A stretch of 64,000 nucleotides of DNA, from NCBI GenBank assembly GCA_963724765.1, contig CAVRVY010000004.1:992001-1056000 (forward strand), in the 5' to 3' direction. The notes beneath the pieces were generated by a model, which had not been told where the DNA came from, made no database searches, and saw only the letters and a list, made by a program, of their open reading frames with translations. Source of the stretch: an uncultured delta proteobacterium (GTDB lineage Bacteria; Desulfobacterota; Binatia; Binatales; Binataceae). Positions 1 through 9,889 of this stretch are shown piece after piece; position 1 is the stretch's first letter, and each line of letters begins with the position of its first letter. Both the position numbers and the translations under genes were made by a program.

Positions 1-2178
1 CTGCTGTTCCTCGGTTCGCCGCGCAGCATGCTGATTGTCATCACCTCGATACCGCTGTCGATTCTGACCGCGATCATCGCGCTCAAGCTGTCCGGCCAGA
101 CGATCAACACGATGACGCTCGGCGGAATCGCGCTGGCGGTCGGGATGCTGGTCGATGACGCCACGGTGGAAATCGAAAACATCCATCGCAACCACGCGCT
201 GAACAAGCCGTTGCTGGCGGCGATTCTCGACGGCGCCTCGCAGATCGCGACGCCGACCTTCGTCGGCACGCTCTCGATCTGCATCGTGTTTTTTCCGGTC
301 GTACTGCTGACCGGCGTCGCGAAGTTCCTGTTCACGCCGCTGGCGCTGGCGGTGGTGTTCGCGATGCTGACGTCGTATCTGCTGTCGCGCACCCTGGTGC
401 CTTCGATGGCGCGTTACCTGCTCCCCGACCTTCACGAGGAGCATCTCGGACAAGGCCGATGGGCCAATCTAGTGCGCGCGTTCGATCGCTCATTCGAGCG
501 CGTCAAGGAGCGCTACCGGGTCGCGCTGGCGACCTTCATCGGGCGGCGCGGCCTGGCGCTGACCTGCGTCGCGATCCTGATCGTGCTTTCGCTCGGCCTG
601 TTGCCGATCGTCGGCGAGGATTTCTTCCCGGTCGTCGATGCGGGCATGATGCGGCTGCACGTGCGCGCCCCCACCGGTACTCGTATCGAACACACCGAAT
701 ACCTCATTGACCAAATCGATCGTACCATTCGCACCATTATTCCGGCCGCCGAGCTCGAGAGCATCAGCGATAATATCGGCCTGCCTATTTCCTACGACCT
801 CGCCTTCTATCAGACCGACAGTATCGGCCCGCAGGATGCCGACGTGCTCATCCAGCTCAAGCCCAGCCATCGGCCGACCGCGATGTACGAACAGCGGATT
901 CGCAATGCGCTGGCGGCGAAGTATCCGGAGGTGACCGCCTATTTCCAGGCCGCCGACATCATCAGCCAGGTCCTGAACTTCGGTCTGCCCGCCGCTATCG
1001 ACGCACAGGTAAACGGCAACAGCCTCCAGAGCGATTACGATATCGCGCTGCGGCTCAAAGACCGCATGGCGCGCATTCCGGGAGTGGTCGACATGCGCAT
1101 CGCCGAGCCGCTCGACTATCCCAGCCTCGACGTCGAGGTGGATCGCACCAAGGCGCTTCAGTTCGGCATCACGCAGCAGCAGGTCGCCTCGAGCGTGCTC
1201 GCCTCGCTCTCCGGCGCGCAGCTCCTGCAGCCGAATTTCTGGCTCGATCCGGTTTCCGGGGTTAACTACAACGTCATCGCGCAGGCGCCGCAGCATCTGT
1301 TCGACTCGATCAGTGCGCTCCAGAATATCCCGCTCAGCACGACCGCAACTTCCTCGAGCGACATAACCGCTGGTTCGACGACCACCGGCGCGGCCGCAAC
1401 GCCCTCGCAACCGCAATTGCTCGGCAACCTCGCGACCGTCACTCACTCCTGGGATCCCGCCGTAGTCGCCCACTACACCGTGCAGCGCGTGGTGGATGTC
1501 GATTGCGCTGTAGCCGGCCGCGATCTCGGCGCAGTCACTTCCGCGGTGCAAAGGGAAATCGACCACCTGGGCAAGCTGCCCGCGGGCACCCAGGTCGTGA
1601 TTCGCGGCCAGAGCCAGGCGATGCGCGCGTCGTTCGTCACGCTCGGCGAAGGCCTGATCCTCGCGATCGTCCTCGTGTACCTGTTGATGGTCGCAAACTT
1701 TCAGTCGTGGCTCGAGCCGTTCATCATCATGATGGCGGTGCCGGGCGCGCTAGCGGGCGTGATCTGGATGCTGGTGCTGACGGGCACGACGATCAACGTC
1801 GAGTCGATGATGGGCGCGATCATGGCGGTCGGTGTCGGCGTCGCCAATGGCAACCTGCTCATCACCTTCGCCAACGAGTTGCGCGAGGACGGCTACGGCC
1901 CGGTCGCCGCGGCGATCGAGGCCGGGCGCATCCGCTTCCGCCCGATCATCATGACCGCGCTCGCGATGATCCTGGGGATGCTGCCGATGGCGCTCAGCCT
2001 GGGTTCGGGCTCCGAGCAGAACGCTCCGCTGGGACGCGCCGTGATCGGAGGGCTTTTCGTGGCAACGGTATCAACCCTGTTCGTGGTGCCGGCAGTCTAT
2101 TCGATATTCAGCCGTAACATGATCGGCAAACATCAACGCGACGCGGAGATCGAACAACTCACGCAGCCCCGCGCGTGA
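1..2178 (+). CDS. RND efflux transporter permease subunit (AcrB/AcrD/AcrF family), 5'-truncated by window edge
   Basis: Frame open from base 1; GMLVDDATVEIENI (TM4 DD motif), RFRPIIMT, multiple TM helices. Confidence 0.93.
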   Translation: MLFLGSPRSMLIVITSIPLSILTAIIALKLSGQTINTMTLGGIALAVGMLVDDATVEIENIHRNHALNKPLLAAILDGASQIATPTFVGTLSICIVFFPVVLLTGVAKFLFTPLALAVVFAMLTSYLLSRTLVPSMARYLLPDLHEEHLGQGRWANLVRAFDRSFERVKERYRVALATFIGRRGLALTCVAILIVLSLGLLPIVGEDFFPVVDAGMMRLHVRAPTGTRIEHTEYLIDQIDRTIRTIIPAAELESISDNIGLPISYDLAFYQTDSIGPQDADVLIQLKPSHRPTAMYEQRIRNALAAKYPEVTAYFQAADIISQVLNFGLPAAIDAQVNGNSLQSDYDIALRLKDRMARIPGVVDMRIAEPLDYPSLDVEVDRTKALQFGITQQQVASSVLASLSGAQLLQPNFWLDPVSGVNYNVIAQAPQHLFDSISALQNIPLSTTATSSSDITAGSTTTGAAATPSQPQLLGNLATVTHSWDPAVVAHYTVQRVVDVDCAVAGRDLGAVTSAVQREIDHLGKLPAGTQVVIRGQSQAMRASFVTLGEGLILAIVLVYLLMVANFQSWLEPFIIMMAVPGALAGVIWMLVLTGTTINVESMMGAIMAVGVGVANGNLLITFANELREDGYGPVAAAIEAGRIRFRPIIMTALAMILGMLPMALSLGSGSEQNAPLGRAVIGGLFVATVSTLFVVPAVYSIFSRNMIGKHQRDAEIEQLTQPRA

Positions 2179-2191
2179 AAGATGGCAACAG

Positions 2192-3328
2192 ATGGACGAC
2201 GACCCCAGGCAGTATACGGCCAAACCCTCCGGAAAATTATTTGTGGCCGGATGGATCGGCGCGATCGCGATCGTGGTAATCGCCACGGCCGGGCTCGTGC
2301 TCGCGCGCGAGCTATGGATCGGCCGCCAGACTACCGACCTGGCGCACCAGGCCGCGGCCGGACCGCACGTGCTGGTCGCGCAAGTTGGCCGCACGCCCGC
2401 CACGCGCGACGTCAAGCTGCCCGCGACCACGCGCGGCTTCGACGAGACTGAAATCTACGCCAAGGTGCCCGGCTATATTAGATCGATCCGGGTCGATAAG
2501 GGTGACCGCGTTCACGCGGGTGAATTGCTCGCGACAATCGAATCGCCGGAGACCGACCAGCAGGTCCGCAATGCGCTGGCCGCCTACCGGATCGCACAGC
2601 TGACCGACGATCGCAACCAGATTCTCGTCCGCCAGAGCGTGATCTCGCAGCAAGCCGCCGACGAATCGCGCGCGACGATGTTGCAGGCGAAGGCGACTCT
2701 GGCGCAGTCGGTCGCGCTGCAAGCGTACGAGCGGGTGACCGCGCCGTTCGACGCAATCGTGACGGCGCGCGACGTCGATCCCGGCCATCTGATTCCCGAG
2801 GCGACCAGCTCGACCGGCGTTGCCGACGCGATCGTGAGCGTCTCGCGGACGAAACCGTTGCGCGTGTACACCTACGTGCCGCAAAATATCGCGCTGTTCA
2901 TCCGCAACGGCGACAGCGCCGCGATCACGGTCAACGAATTTCCGCAGCGCAAGTTCACCGGCACCATCACCCGCCATCCGGAGGCGCTCTCGCCGGATTC
3001 GCGCACGATGCTGGTGGAGGTCGATCTGCCCAACACCGATGAGGCGCTGTGGCCCGGAATGTACGGCAGTGCGGAGTTCGTCGTTTCAGTTCCGGAAGGC
3101 GCGCCGCTGGTCCCTGACGACGCGCTGGTCTTCCGCAACGGCAAGGTATTCGTGCCGGTCGTGAAAGACAACGTGCTCCATCTGGCGCAAGTGAAGCTCG
3201 GCTACGACAACGGGACCGCTGTCGAGGTCGCCACCGGTATCGATCCCGACGCGCTCGTGGCGCTGAATGTCGGACAATCGGCGCGCGAGGGCGAGATCGT
3301 ACAGCCGGTGCGTCAAGCCGCCAACTAG
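2192..3328 (+). CDS. RND efflux periplasmic adaptor (membrane fusion protein)
   Basis: N-terminal TM anchor, lipoyl-like IYAKVPGYI..VDKGDRV, APFDAIV, SRTMLVEVDLPN; 13 nt after the RND gene. Confidence 0.92.
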   Translation: MDDDPRQYTAKPSGKLFVAGWIGAIAIVVIATAGLVLARELWIGRQTTDLAHQAAAGPHVLVAQVGRTPATRDVKLPATTRGFDETEIYAKVPGYIRSIRVDKGDRVHAGELLATIESPETDQQVRNALAAYRIAQLTDDRNQILVRQSVISQQAADESRATMLQAKATLAQSVALQAYERVTAPFDAIVTARDVDPGHLIPEATSSTGVADAIVSVSRTKPLRVYTYVPQNIALFIRNGDSAAITVNEFPQRKFTGTITRHPEALSPDSRTMLVEVDLPNTDEALWPGMYGSAEFVVSVPEGAPLVPDDALVFRNGKVFVPVVKDNVLHLAQVKLGYDNGTAVEVATGIDPDALVALNVGQSAREGEIVQPVRQAAN

Positions 3329-3354
3329 GCGGCGCGCGCAGAGCGCATCGCCGC

Positions 3355-4596
3355 TCAGTCCTTCGGCTCGCTTTCCTTCCAGCGTTTCATCAGCGTGTTC
3401 GAGGGCCGCGTCTCGTCGACCAGCTTCTTCGCGGTTTCGCGGCCGGCCGTGGGCAGGTTTTTCGGATCGAGCAGGCCGAGCTGGACCAGCGCGGTCGCCT
3501 GATCCCAGTGGATGTGTTCGTGCACGAGCTTGCCGCCGCGGAACTGCACGATCGCAACCGTCGGGATCTCGACGTACTTTCCGGTGGGCGCGAGACCGGG
3601 GAGGAGGAAGTCGAGCTCGATGTCGTGGGTGAAACAGAACACGAACTCGTCGACTACGCGGTCCGCTCCGACCGTGCGCGAGACCGGGATGAACTTCAGG
3701 TCTTTGGGCAGCTTGGGAATGAAGTGATTTCTATAGAAGCGGTAAAGCTCCTGCTGCCCGACGCCGCCGGTCATCGTCGGAACGTGATTGACGTAGGGCC
3801 GATCGACCATCGTGGCCATCGTGCCTTCGGCGTCGTGGTACTTGAACTCGAGATCGGCGTGCCGCTCCCAGAGCGCGCTCAGGTCGAAGCGCGGGCCAAT
3901 CGCGTGGCGCAACATCCCGATCGTGCGCGAGTGCGCGAGCGAGGCGGCAAAGCCATCATAAGCCGGACGCATGGAGTTGTTGAAGGCGTGATCTGCCCCA
4001 GGGTAAACGTAGACTTCAACGTCGTCCCGTTCCTTGAAGGCGGCGGCAACCGCGTCGCGCGCGGCGGCCGGCACGAAGCGGTCCAGCTCTCCAAAATGCA
4101 ATGCCATCGGACAGCGTATCGCGCCGGCCTCGTTGAGCCGCTTTTCGATTCCGACGCCGTAGTAGCTGACCGCCGCCTCGATATTGCATCGCGCGGCCGT
4201 CAGGTAGGCGAGCATCCCGCCCAGGCAAAAGCCGATCGCGCCGACCTTGCCGTTGCACTGCGGCATCGCGCGCAGGGCGCGCACCGTATCCGCGATGTCC
4301 TTGATCGCCTGGTCCGGATCGAAGCGCGCGAAAAAATCGAAAGCCGCCTTGATCTCGGCCTCCGAATAGCCAAGCTCGATGCCCGGCTGAATCCGCCAGA
4401 ACAGATCGGGCGCGATCGTGACGTAACCCTCCTCCGCATAACGGTCGGCGACTTCGCGTAGATGGCGGTTGACGCCAAAAATTTCCTGCAGCAACACCAA
4501 CCCCGGCCCGCGGCCGCCCTCGGGTAGCGCGAGGTAGGCGCCGAACACGCCGCCGTCGGCGGCGGTGACGCTCACGGTCTTCGATGTGATGCTCAT
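3355..4596 (-). CDS. Dienelactone hydrolase (carboxymethylenebutenolidase) fused to C-terminal SnoaL-like domain
   Basis: QEIFG, GFCLGG nucleophile motif, YPGADHAF; C-terminal PYVNHVPTMTGG...HEHIHWDQA SnoaL-type domain. Confidence 0.9.
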   Translation of the reverse strand: MSITSKTVSVTAADGGVFGAYLALPEGGRGPGLVLLQEIFGVNRHLREVADRYAEEGYVTIAPDLFWRIQPGIELGYSEAEIKAAFDFFARFDPDQAIKDIADTVRALRAMPQCNGKVGAIGFCLGGMLAYLTAARCNIEAAVSYYGVGIEKRLNEAGAIRCPMALHFGELDRFVPAAARDAVAAAFKERDDVEVYVYPGADHAFNNSMRPAYDGFAASLAHSRTIGMLRHAIGPRFDLSALWERHADLEFKYHDAEGTMATMVDRPYVNHVPTMTGGVGQQELYRFYRNHFIPKLPKDLKFIPVSRTVGADRVVDEFVFCFTHDIELDFLLPGLAPTGKYVEIPTVAIVQFRGGKLVHEHIHWDQATALVQLGLLDPKNLPTAGRETAKKLVDETRPSNTLMKRWKESEPKD

Positions 4597-4841
4597 GACA
4601 GTCGAACCCTCCTGTGCCGGCTAGGGAGGCGTCAGTCCGTACATCGAGTTCGGCAAGCCGCCCTGCTGCTCGCAAACGGTATGATCTATCTCGCCTTCGG
4701 CTCGAACTTGGGCGGCAAAATTTTTTCATAGTGGTTCTCATAGCGCAAATTTGCCCACGGCCCGCAGCGGGTGGAAATTCCCGCTACTAACGGCAGTGAC
4801 ACGCGCGCTACCGCATCAATTGAGCGCGCGCGCTGGAGAAC

Positions 4842-4889
4842 AAAAAAGCGCGCGCCGCATCTCTCATTTGAAAGCGATGCGGCGCGCGC
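4842..4889 (-). terminator. Rho-independent terminator of the Pro/Tyr/Gly-rich gene
   Basis: 14-bp stem GCGCGCGCCGCATC/GATGCGGCGCGCGC followed by T6 on the minus strand, 43 nt after the stop at 4933. Confidence 0.75.
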
Positions 4890-4932
4890 GGATTGCGCAG
4901 CGAACTCGATCAAGTCCGCCAAATATCAATCG

Positions 4933-5790
4933 TCACGGAGCCGACCTTGCGCCAAACAACGGCCCGAGCAGTGAGCCCAGACCTCCCATCGCGCCCGTGG
5001 ACGTGGGAGTGCCGTACGGCGAGCCGGCTGCCGCATTTGGATATCCCGCCTGCGGATAGGGCGCCGCCGATGGCGCCGAACCTCCGCCAAACAGCGGACC
5101 GAGCAGCGAACTCAAACCACCCGAGCCCGTCGCTCCAGGTGCCCCGTACGGTGAAGCGGCGGCGCCGTTCGGATAGCTCGAAGGCGGATATTCGGCTGCC
5201 GGATAGGGCTGCGCATACCCGGGAACTCCCGCGTTCGGATAACCCGATGGCGGGTACGCCGCTGATGGGTAAGGTTGCGCGTACCCGGAGCCCGATGGCG
5301 CATACTCCTGCATCGGCGATGCGTAGGCCGACGCCGGGGGCGCATAGGCGGATGCCGGTGGCGGATAGGGAGGTCCCTGAGGCTGCATGTAGGCCGGAGC
5401 TCCGTAGCCGGGGCCTTCGGCATGGCCACCTCCGGAAAGCTCGCGCCTCAGATGCTTGATTTCTCTCTTCCAATGCTTGGCGGCCGGCTCGTTGCCCGCC
5501 TGGCGCGCCTGGTTGTACTGCCGCTCGGCATAGTTGAGTTGGACCTCCAATTGATGCCGCTGGGCATAATTGGGCCCTCCCGGGTACTGCCCCGGCGGCG
5601 GTGGCATCGGCTGACCATATTGCTCGTTCTGCGCCGTGTACGCCTGATAGGCCGCGACGTCATTTGGGGGATCGTAGGGATCAGCAGCGGCGGCGGTCAC
5701 CATAATCGGCGCCGCCATCAGAATTAATCCAGCTAAGCCGGAGAGGATTGTCTGGCGCGAGAACCGATTGCGAGCGGAGGAGACGTTCAT
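4933..5790 (-). CDS. Secreted Pro/Tyr/Gly/Gln-rich low-complexity hypothetical protein
   Basis: GGAGG RBS before ATG 5790; signal-peptide-like N-terminus; short helical core; repeats YAQPYP..YPPS.YPN and GL(S/G)SLLGPLFG; own terminator. Confidence 0.7.
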   Translation of the reverse strand: MNVSSARNRFSRQTILSGLAGLILMAAPIMVTAAAADPYDPPNDVAAYQAYTAQNEQYGQPMPPPPGQYPGGPNYAQRHQLEVQLNYAERQYNQARQAGNEPAAKHWKREIKHLRRELSGGGHAEGPGYGAPAYMQPQGPPYPPPASAYAPPASAYASPMQEYAPSGSGYAQPYPSAAYPPSGYPNAGVPGYAQPYPAAEYPPSSYPNGAAASPYGAPGATGSGGLSSLLGPLFGGGSAPSAAPYPQAGYPNAAAGSPYGTPTSTGAMGGLGSLLGPLFGARSAP

Positions 5791-6069
5791 TGAGGGAACC
5801 TCCGGTTTCACATACGTATCCGGCAAATTGGGGTTTCCATTTTCGGTCGGCCATCGGAATTCTCAGGCTCGTCGCGCGCCTCAGCTTCGGGAATTCCGAC
5901 CGTCGGGTCCAAGAAAGCACCACAGAACGTTGGAGTTTGCCGCGAGGTCGAGACTCAGGCGTGAACGGGACCGGTTAGAGAACGGGTGCGCAAAAATTAG
6001 GACCCCGGGACCCCTGCGATGGAGGCGACCCGTTCGCGGCCTTGCGATACGCTAGGCTCTTTCCACGGG

Positions 6070-6222
6070 TCCCTGCCGAAAATCGGGTGGTCGCGAACCC
6101 CAGTGGCCGCAAAGCGGCACTCATGCTGAAAACCGCGCTTCAAGTGGATGAGAGCGCCAAGGAACGGGCACTATGGCCCGTTCGAATTGGCCTCAGGCGT
6201 ACGTCAACAACGCCAGCAGGGA
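6070..6222 (-). ncRNA. Candidate structured ncRNA (6S-like rod with central bubble)
   Basis: Ends UCCCUGCUG/CGGCAGGGA pair; internal stems GAACGGGC/GCCCGUUC, GGCGCUC/GAGUGCC, UGAAG/UUUCA; G-U pairs favour the minus strand. Confidence 0.4.
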
Positions 6223-6271
6223 AGTTGCTCGCCGAGAGAGTTATGGGCCGAAATGGCGAATCGCGCCCGCG

Positions 6272-6886
6272 TCAAGCGCGCGCCTTGCGCAGCTTGGCCC
6301 GCCGATCGGCTGGCGCGCCCTTGCGATGGAGTGAGCGGTTCGCGCCAGCAGTCAGCTTCGCGACAGTCGCCTTGGCTACCGTCGGCGTGATGGCCTCTGC
6401 CTTGGCTACCGGAGCGGGCACATCTTCCGCAACTGGCTGTACGACCGGCTGCGAAGCGGCCAACGCTGCCTGCTCGGCCCGCGCGATACGCGCCCGTTCG
6501 ATCGCCTCGAGCTTGCGAACCTTCCATTCGCGCAATCCGCGGCGCAGATACTCCGGATTGACGTCCAGCATCTCGCAGACGTTGTCAAAGGAGAACACCC
6601 ATTTCTTATCTTCCAGGGTGATCCATTCTTCGGCGTCGCGGAATAAACGTTGGCCTTTATTAGTGGAGGAGTCGATGCATTTCATAAAGCATTCGACCGC
6701 ATCCTCGAGCACGCTCAGCACCAGGCGCTTCTCGCCCTCAAGCAGATGCTTGCGGCGCATCGCCTCAAAGTATTGGATCGGCAAAAGCGTGTCGGGTTCA
6801 AACAATCCCGGCAGCTTTTCGTCCAATGTTTCCTTTTCCTGCATCTTCGCTCCTTGCTCCTGCCTCACCAGATCTTGTGCTCCCAC
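6272..6886 (-). CDS. Conserved-looking hypothetical protein with Ala/Lys/Arg-rich tail
   Basis: AAGGAGG RBS; globular helical core FEPDTLLP..EKRLVLSVLEDAV..DAEEWI..FSFDNVCEMLDVNPEYLRRGL. Confidence 0.8.
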   Translation of the reverse strand: MGAQDLVRQEQGAKMQEKETLDEKLPGLFEPDTLLPIQYFEAMRRKHLLEGEKRLVLSVLEDAVECFMKCIDSSTNKGQRLFRDAEEWITLEDKKWVFSFDNVCEMLDVNPEYLRRGLREWKVRKLEAIERARIARAEQAALAASQPVVQPVAEDVPAPVAKAEAITPTVAKATVAKLTAGANRSLHRKGAPADRRAKLRKARA

Positions 6887-6997
6887 CCCACGACCTCCTT
6901 GTGATGGACGCCATCATTAGACGTCCTATTCATCTAAATCGTTTCAGTCTGATCGTTTCAGAACTCTCATCTTTTAAGCACTTTCTTGTTACGGCAG

Positions 6998-7213
6998 TTA
7001 TTCGTCTTCGTTTTCTTCGTAAATTTCATTCCAGGCCATCTGGATCGCCTCCAGCTTGGATTCGCTGGACTCGGCCGGATCGTCGTCAAATTCATCCAGA
7101 TCCGCCACCCACTGTCGCAAATCGGTAAAGCGCACCTGAAGTGGGTTAATACCAGGATGATTTTCGGTCAGCACTTCGGCGATCTCCTGCGCCTGATCCC
7201 ATTTCAAGCCCAT
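6998..7213 (-). CDS. iscX: Fe-S cluster assembly protein IscX
   Basis: MGLKW..IAE.L...P..VRFTDL..WV..L.EFDDDP...LEAIQMAW; last gene of the isc operon. Confidence 0.93.
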   Translation of the reverse strand: MGLKWDQAQEIAEVLTENHPGINPLQVRFTDLRQWVADLDEFDDDPAESSESKLEAIQMAWNEIYEENEDE

Positions 7214-7293
7214 GTGCCGCATCTCCTCACTCAAAACCGCTTAATATCCGGCTGAAAAATGCTGCAAGTGCACAACAATTATGGCACCAATGC

Positions 7294-9156
7294 CTACGAC
7301 AGCTCCTCTACTGACTTCTTTTCGAGCGCCCGGCCTATCGCATAATCCATGATTCTCTCGGCAAATGGCGTCGTGAGCTGGTTTAGCTCTTCGACCAAAG
7401 CTGAAATATAAGCACGATCTGTACCATTTCGAGCCTCTTCCAGCTTCGACGCGCATTTCTCTATCTGCGCCCGCTCATCCGCCTCAATTAGCGACCTATA
7501 TTCCTCTAGCTGCTTCGTCAATGCGCCTAGCAGTTGGGCAGCATCGTTGCGCGCCACAATCAGCATCCGCTGCTCGAGATCCTGCTCGCCCAAATCAATC
7601 GATTCTTCAAGCATCCGTTCAATTTCTTCGTCGGTCAGCCCATAGCTCGGCTTGATGTCAACCGAATGCTCCCGCCCGGTGCGCTGGTCGCGCGCTGTGA
7701 CGTTGAGGATTCCGTTGGCGTCAATGAGAAAGGTGACCTCGATCCGCGGCAGGCCGGCCGGCTGCGGCTCGAGCGGTCCCAGCTTGAAACGCGCCAGCGA
7801 GCGGCAATCCGCGGCCAGTTCGCGTTCGCCCTGGACCACGTGGATATCGACATGAGTCTGATTATCGACCGCGGTCGTAAAACCCTCCGTCACGCTGGTC
7901 GGGATAGTGGTGTTGCGATGGATAAGGCGCTCCACCACGCCGCCCATCGTTTCGATTCCAAGCGACAGCGCCACCACGTCGAGCAGCAGCACGTCACCCT
8001 GCGAGCCCATCAGGACGCCTGCCTGCACGGCGGCTCCAACCGCCACCACGTGGTCCGGGTCGAGCGAGCATAGCGGCTCGCGTCCGAAGAGGTCCGCCAC
8101 CCGCCGGCGCACCAGCGGCATCCGGGTTGATCCACCCACCAGCACCACCGCGTCGATCTCGGAGGTTTTTAGCCGGGCGTCGGCGAGCGCCATTCGGCAT
8201 CGATCCAGCGCACGGCCGACCAGCGCGTCGGCCATCAGCTCGAACTCGGCGCGGCTGATGGTTTTGCGCACCTCGCGATCCGGCAATCCAAGCGTCATCT
8301 CGGCTTCACCGTGATCGCTAAGCCTCTTCTTGACCGCCTCGGCCGCGAGCCGCGCGCTGTTCCAGACGTGGCGATCGAGCCGCAGCTCGGGCGAAAGATC
8401 GGCGAGCAGCAGATCGACCAGCAACCGATCGAAGTCGTCGCCGCCCAGATGCGTGTCGCCATTGGTCGCAAGCACCTCGAAAATCCCGCCCTTGATGTTG
8501 AGGATCGAGATGTCAAACGTTCCACCGCCAAGGTCGAAGACTGCGACCCTCCCCTCGGCCATCTGATTCAGTCCGTAAGCGAGCGAGGCGGCGGTCGGCT
8601 CGTTGACCAGGCGCACGACGTCGAGTCCGGCAAGCCGGCCGGCGTCCTTGGTGGCCTGACGCTGGCCGTCGTTGAAATAAGCCGGGACCGTGACCACCAC
8701 GCGCTCGACTTTCTCGCCGAACGCGGCTTCGGCGCGGGTCTTGAGCGCGCGCAGAATCTCGGCGGAAATCTGCGCGGGGGTGAAAGCGCGTTTGCCGATC
8801 GCGAAGCGCACCACCGACCCCGTGAAATCGCCGAAGCTGTAGCGATGGCGGTCCTCGGCGGCAACCTCGTCGCCGCCCAGCCCCATGTAGCGCTTGACCG
8901 AACGCACCACGGCACCCGCCTCACCGCCCTCGAAGCCAGCGGCGTGGATGCGGCCGTCGCGTTCAACAGTCAGATGCGGCTCCATCGCAATCGCTCGCTC
9001 ACCCACGAAAATTTCGCCCTGAGGCGTTATCGCGACCACCGAGGGCAGCAACGGATTGCCGGTCTCGGGATCGGCGGCAAGCCGCGGGCGCTCGCCTTCC
9101 ATAACAGCGATCAGGCTGTTGGTGGTTCCGAGATCGATGCCGAATATGCGAGACAT
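7294..9156 (-). CDS. hscA: Fe-S assembly Hsp70 chaperone HscA
   Basis: [40 protein letters not shown]; follows hscB; start placed at MSRIFGID. Confidence 0.92.
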   Translation of the reverse strand: MSRIFGIDLGTTNSLIAVMEGERPRLAADPETGNPLLPSVVAITPQGEIFVGERAIAMEPHLTVERDGRIHAAGFEGGEAGAVVRSVKRYMGLGGDEVAAEDRHRYSFGDFTGSVVRFAIGKRAFTPAQISAEILRALKTRAEAAFGEKVERVVVTVPAYFNDGQRQATKDAGRLAGLDVVRLVNEPTAASLAYGLNQMAEGRVAVFDLGGGTFDISILNIKGGIFEVLATNGDTHLGGDDFDRLLVDLLLADLSPELRLDRHVWNSARLAAEAVKKRLSDHGEAEMTLGLPDREVRKTISRAEFELMADALVGRALDRCRMALADARLKTSEIDAVVLVGGSTRMPLVRRRVADLFGREPLCSLDPDHVVAVGAAVQAGVLMGSQGDVLLLDVVALSLGIETMGGVVERLIHRNTTIPTSVTEGFTTAVDNQTHVDIHVVQGERELAADCRSLARFKLGPLEPQPAGLPRIEVTFLIDANGILNVTARDQRTGREHSVDIKPSYGLTDEEIERMLEESIDLGEQDLEQRMLIVARNDAAQLLGALTKQLEEYRSLIEADERAQIEKCASKLEEARNGTDRAYISALVEELNQLTTPFAERIMDYAIGRALEKKSVEELS

Positions 9157-9214
9157 GGGTAATGATGCGCTCCGCGGCCGCCGCGCGGTCCGGAAAGCGG
9201 CTTGCGCTATTTCC

Positions 9215-9865
9215 TCAATTGGTCTTTGTATCGGCCGTGGCGCCATCTAGCGCGCGGTCGACGTCGCGAGTGAGCGTCCGCAGATAGGCGATTTTCGAAA
9301 GTGCGGATTTCAATTCGTTGACCAGTTCCTGACGCTCCCCCGCCCCACTGTCCCAGCGCGCAAAATTGCGCTCCAGCTCCTCCTGCGCCTTGGTTACCAG
9401 ACCCTCAAGCTCCGCGCGCCGCTCATTCATCGCCGCGGCGAGCGCGCTGGCGTTTCCGTTGTGCGTTCCGCGCAACTCCCCGAGCTGTTCCTGTATCTCG
9501 AATACCAGCTCCGCCAGCTCGGCCGGGACCCGCTTGTTGTTCTCGGCGAGCTTCTCGTCGATCAAATCCAGCCAATAACGCCCCCGGCTTGCCGGGTCAC
9601 GTAGGGTGCGGTAGCTGCGGGTCAAAAGCGCCGTGCTCTTGAGGCTCGCCTGTCTAACTGTGGGCGTCCCCGTCGCAAAATGGTCGGGATGAACGCGGCG
9701 GCCCGCCTCATGATAGATACGTTCGAGTTCACACGGATCGAGGGCGAGCTTGCGTGGGAGATCGAGCGCGGCGAAGAGATCGAGCTCAACGCCGAGCGGC
9801 GCCCCGCATTCGGGGCAAGTCAAACGCGGCTCGCTTTGCCGCGCGCATGAGGGGCATTGGACCAT
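9215..9865 (-). CDS. hscB: Co-chaperone HscB with N-terminal CxxC..CxxC domain
   Basis: J-domain HPD motif, YRTLRDP..R..Y; isc operon position. Confidence 0.9.
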   Translation of the reverse strand: MVQCPSCARQSEPRLTCPECGAPLGVELDLFAALDLPRKLALDPCELERIYHEAGRRVHPDHFATGTPTVRQASLKSTALLTRSYRTLRDPASRGRYWLDLIDEKLAENNKRVPAELAELVFEIQEQLGELRGTHNGNASALAAAMNERRAELEGLVTKAQEELERNFARWDSGAGERQELVNELKSALSKIAYLRTLTRDVDRALDGATADTKTN

Positions 9866-9889
9866 CGCTACGCCTTGATTCCCACGTCG

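Noticed and set aside
3355-4596. DLH-SnoaL fusion as a novelty
   Set aside because: This fusion is a familiar architecture in proteobacteria and fungi
4681-4731. Mini-ORF MIYLAFGSNLGGKIFS resembling the FolK N-terminus
   Set aside because: Only 16 codons with no downstream FolK motifs in any frame; may be chance or an unidentifiable relic
6070-6130. c-di-GMP-I riboswitch (GCAAAGC on the plus strand)
   Set aside because: No GGCAAA/GNRA P2-P3 architecture, no downstream plus-strand gene, and G-U pairing favours the minus strand
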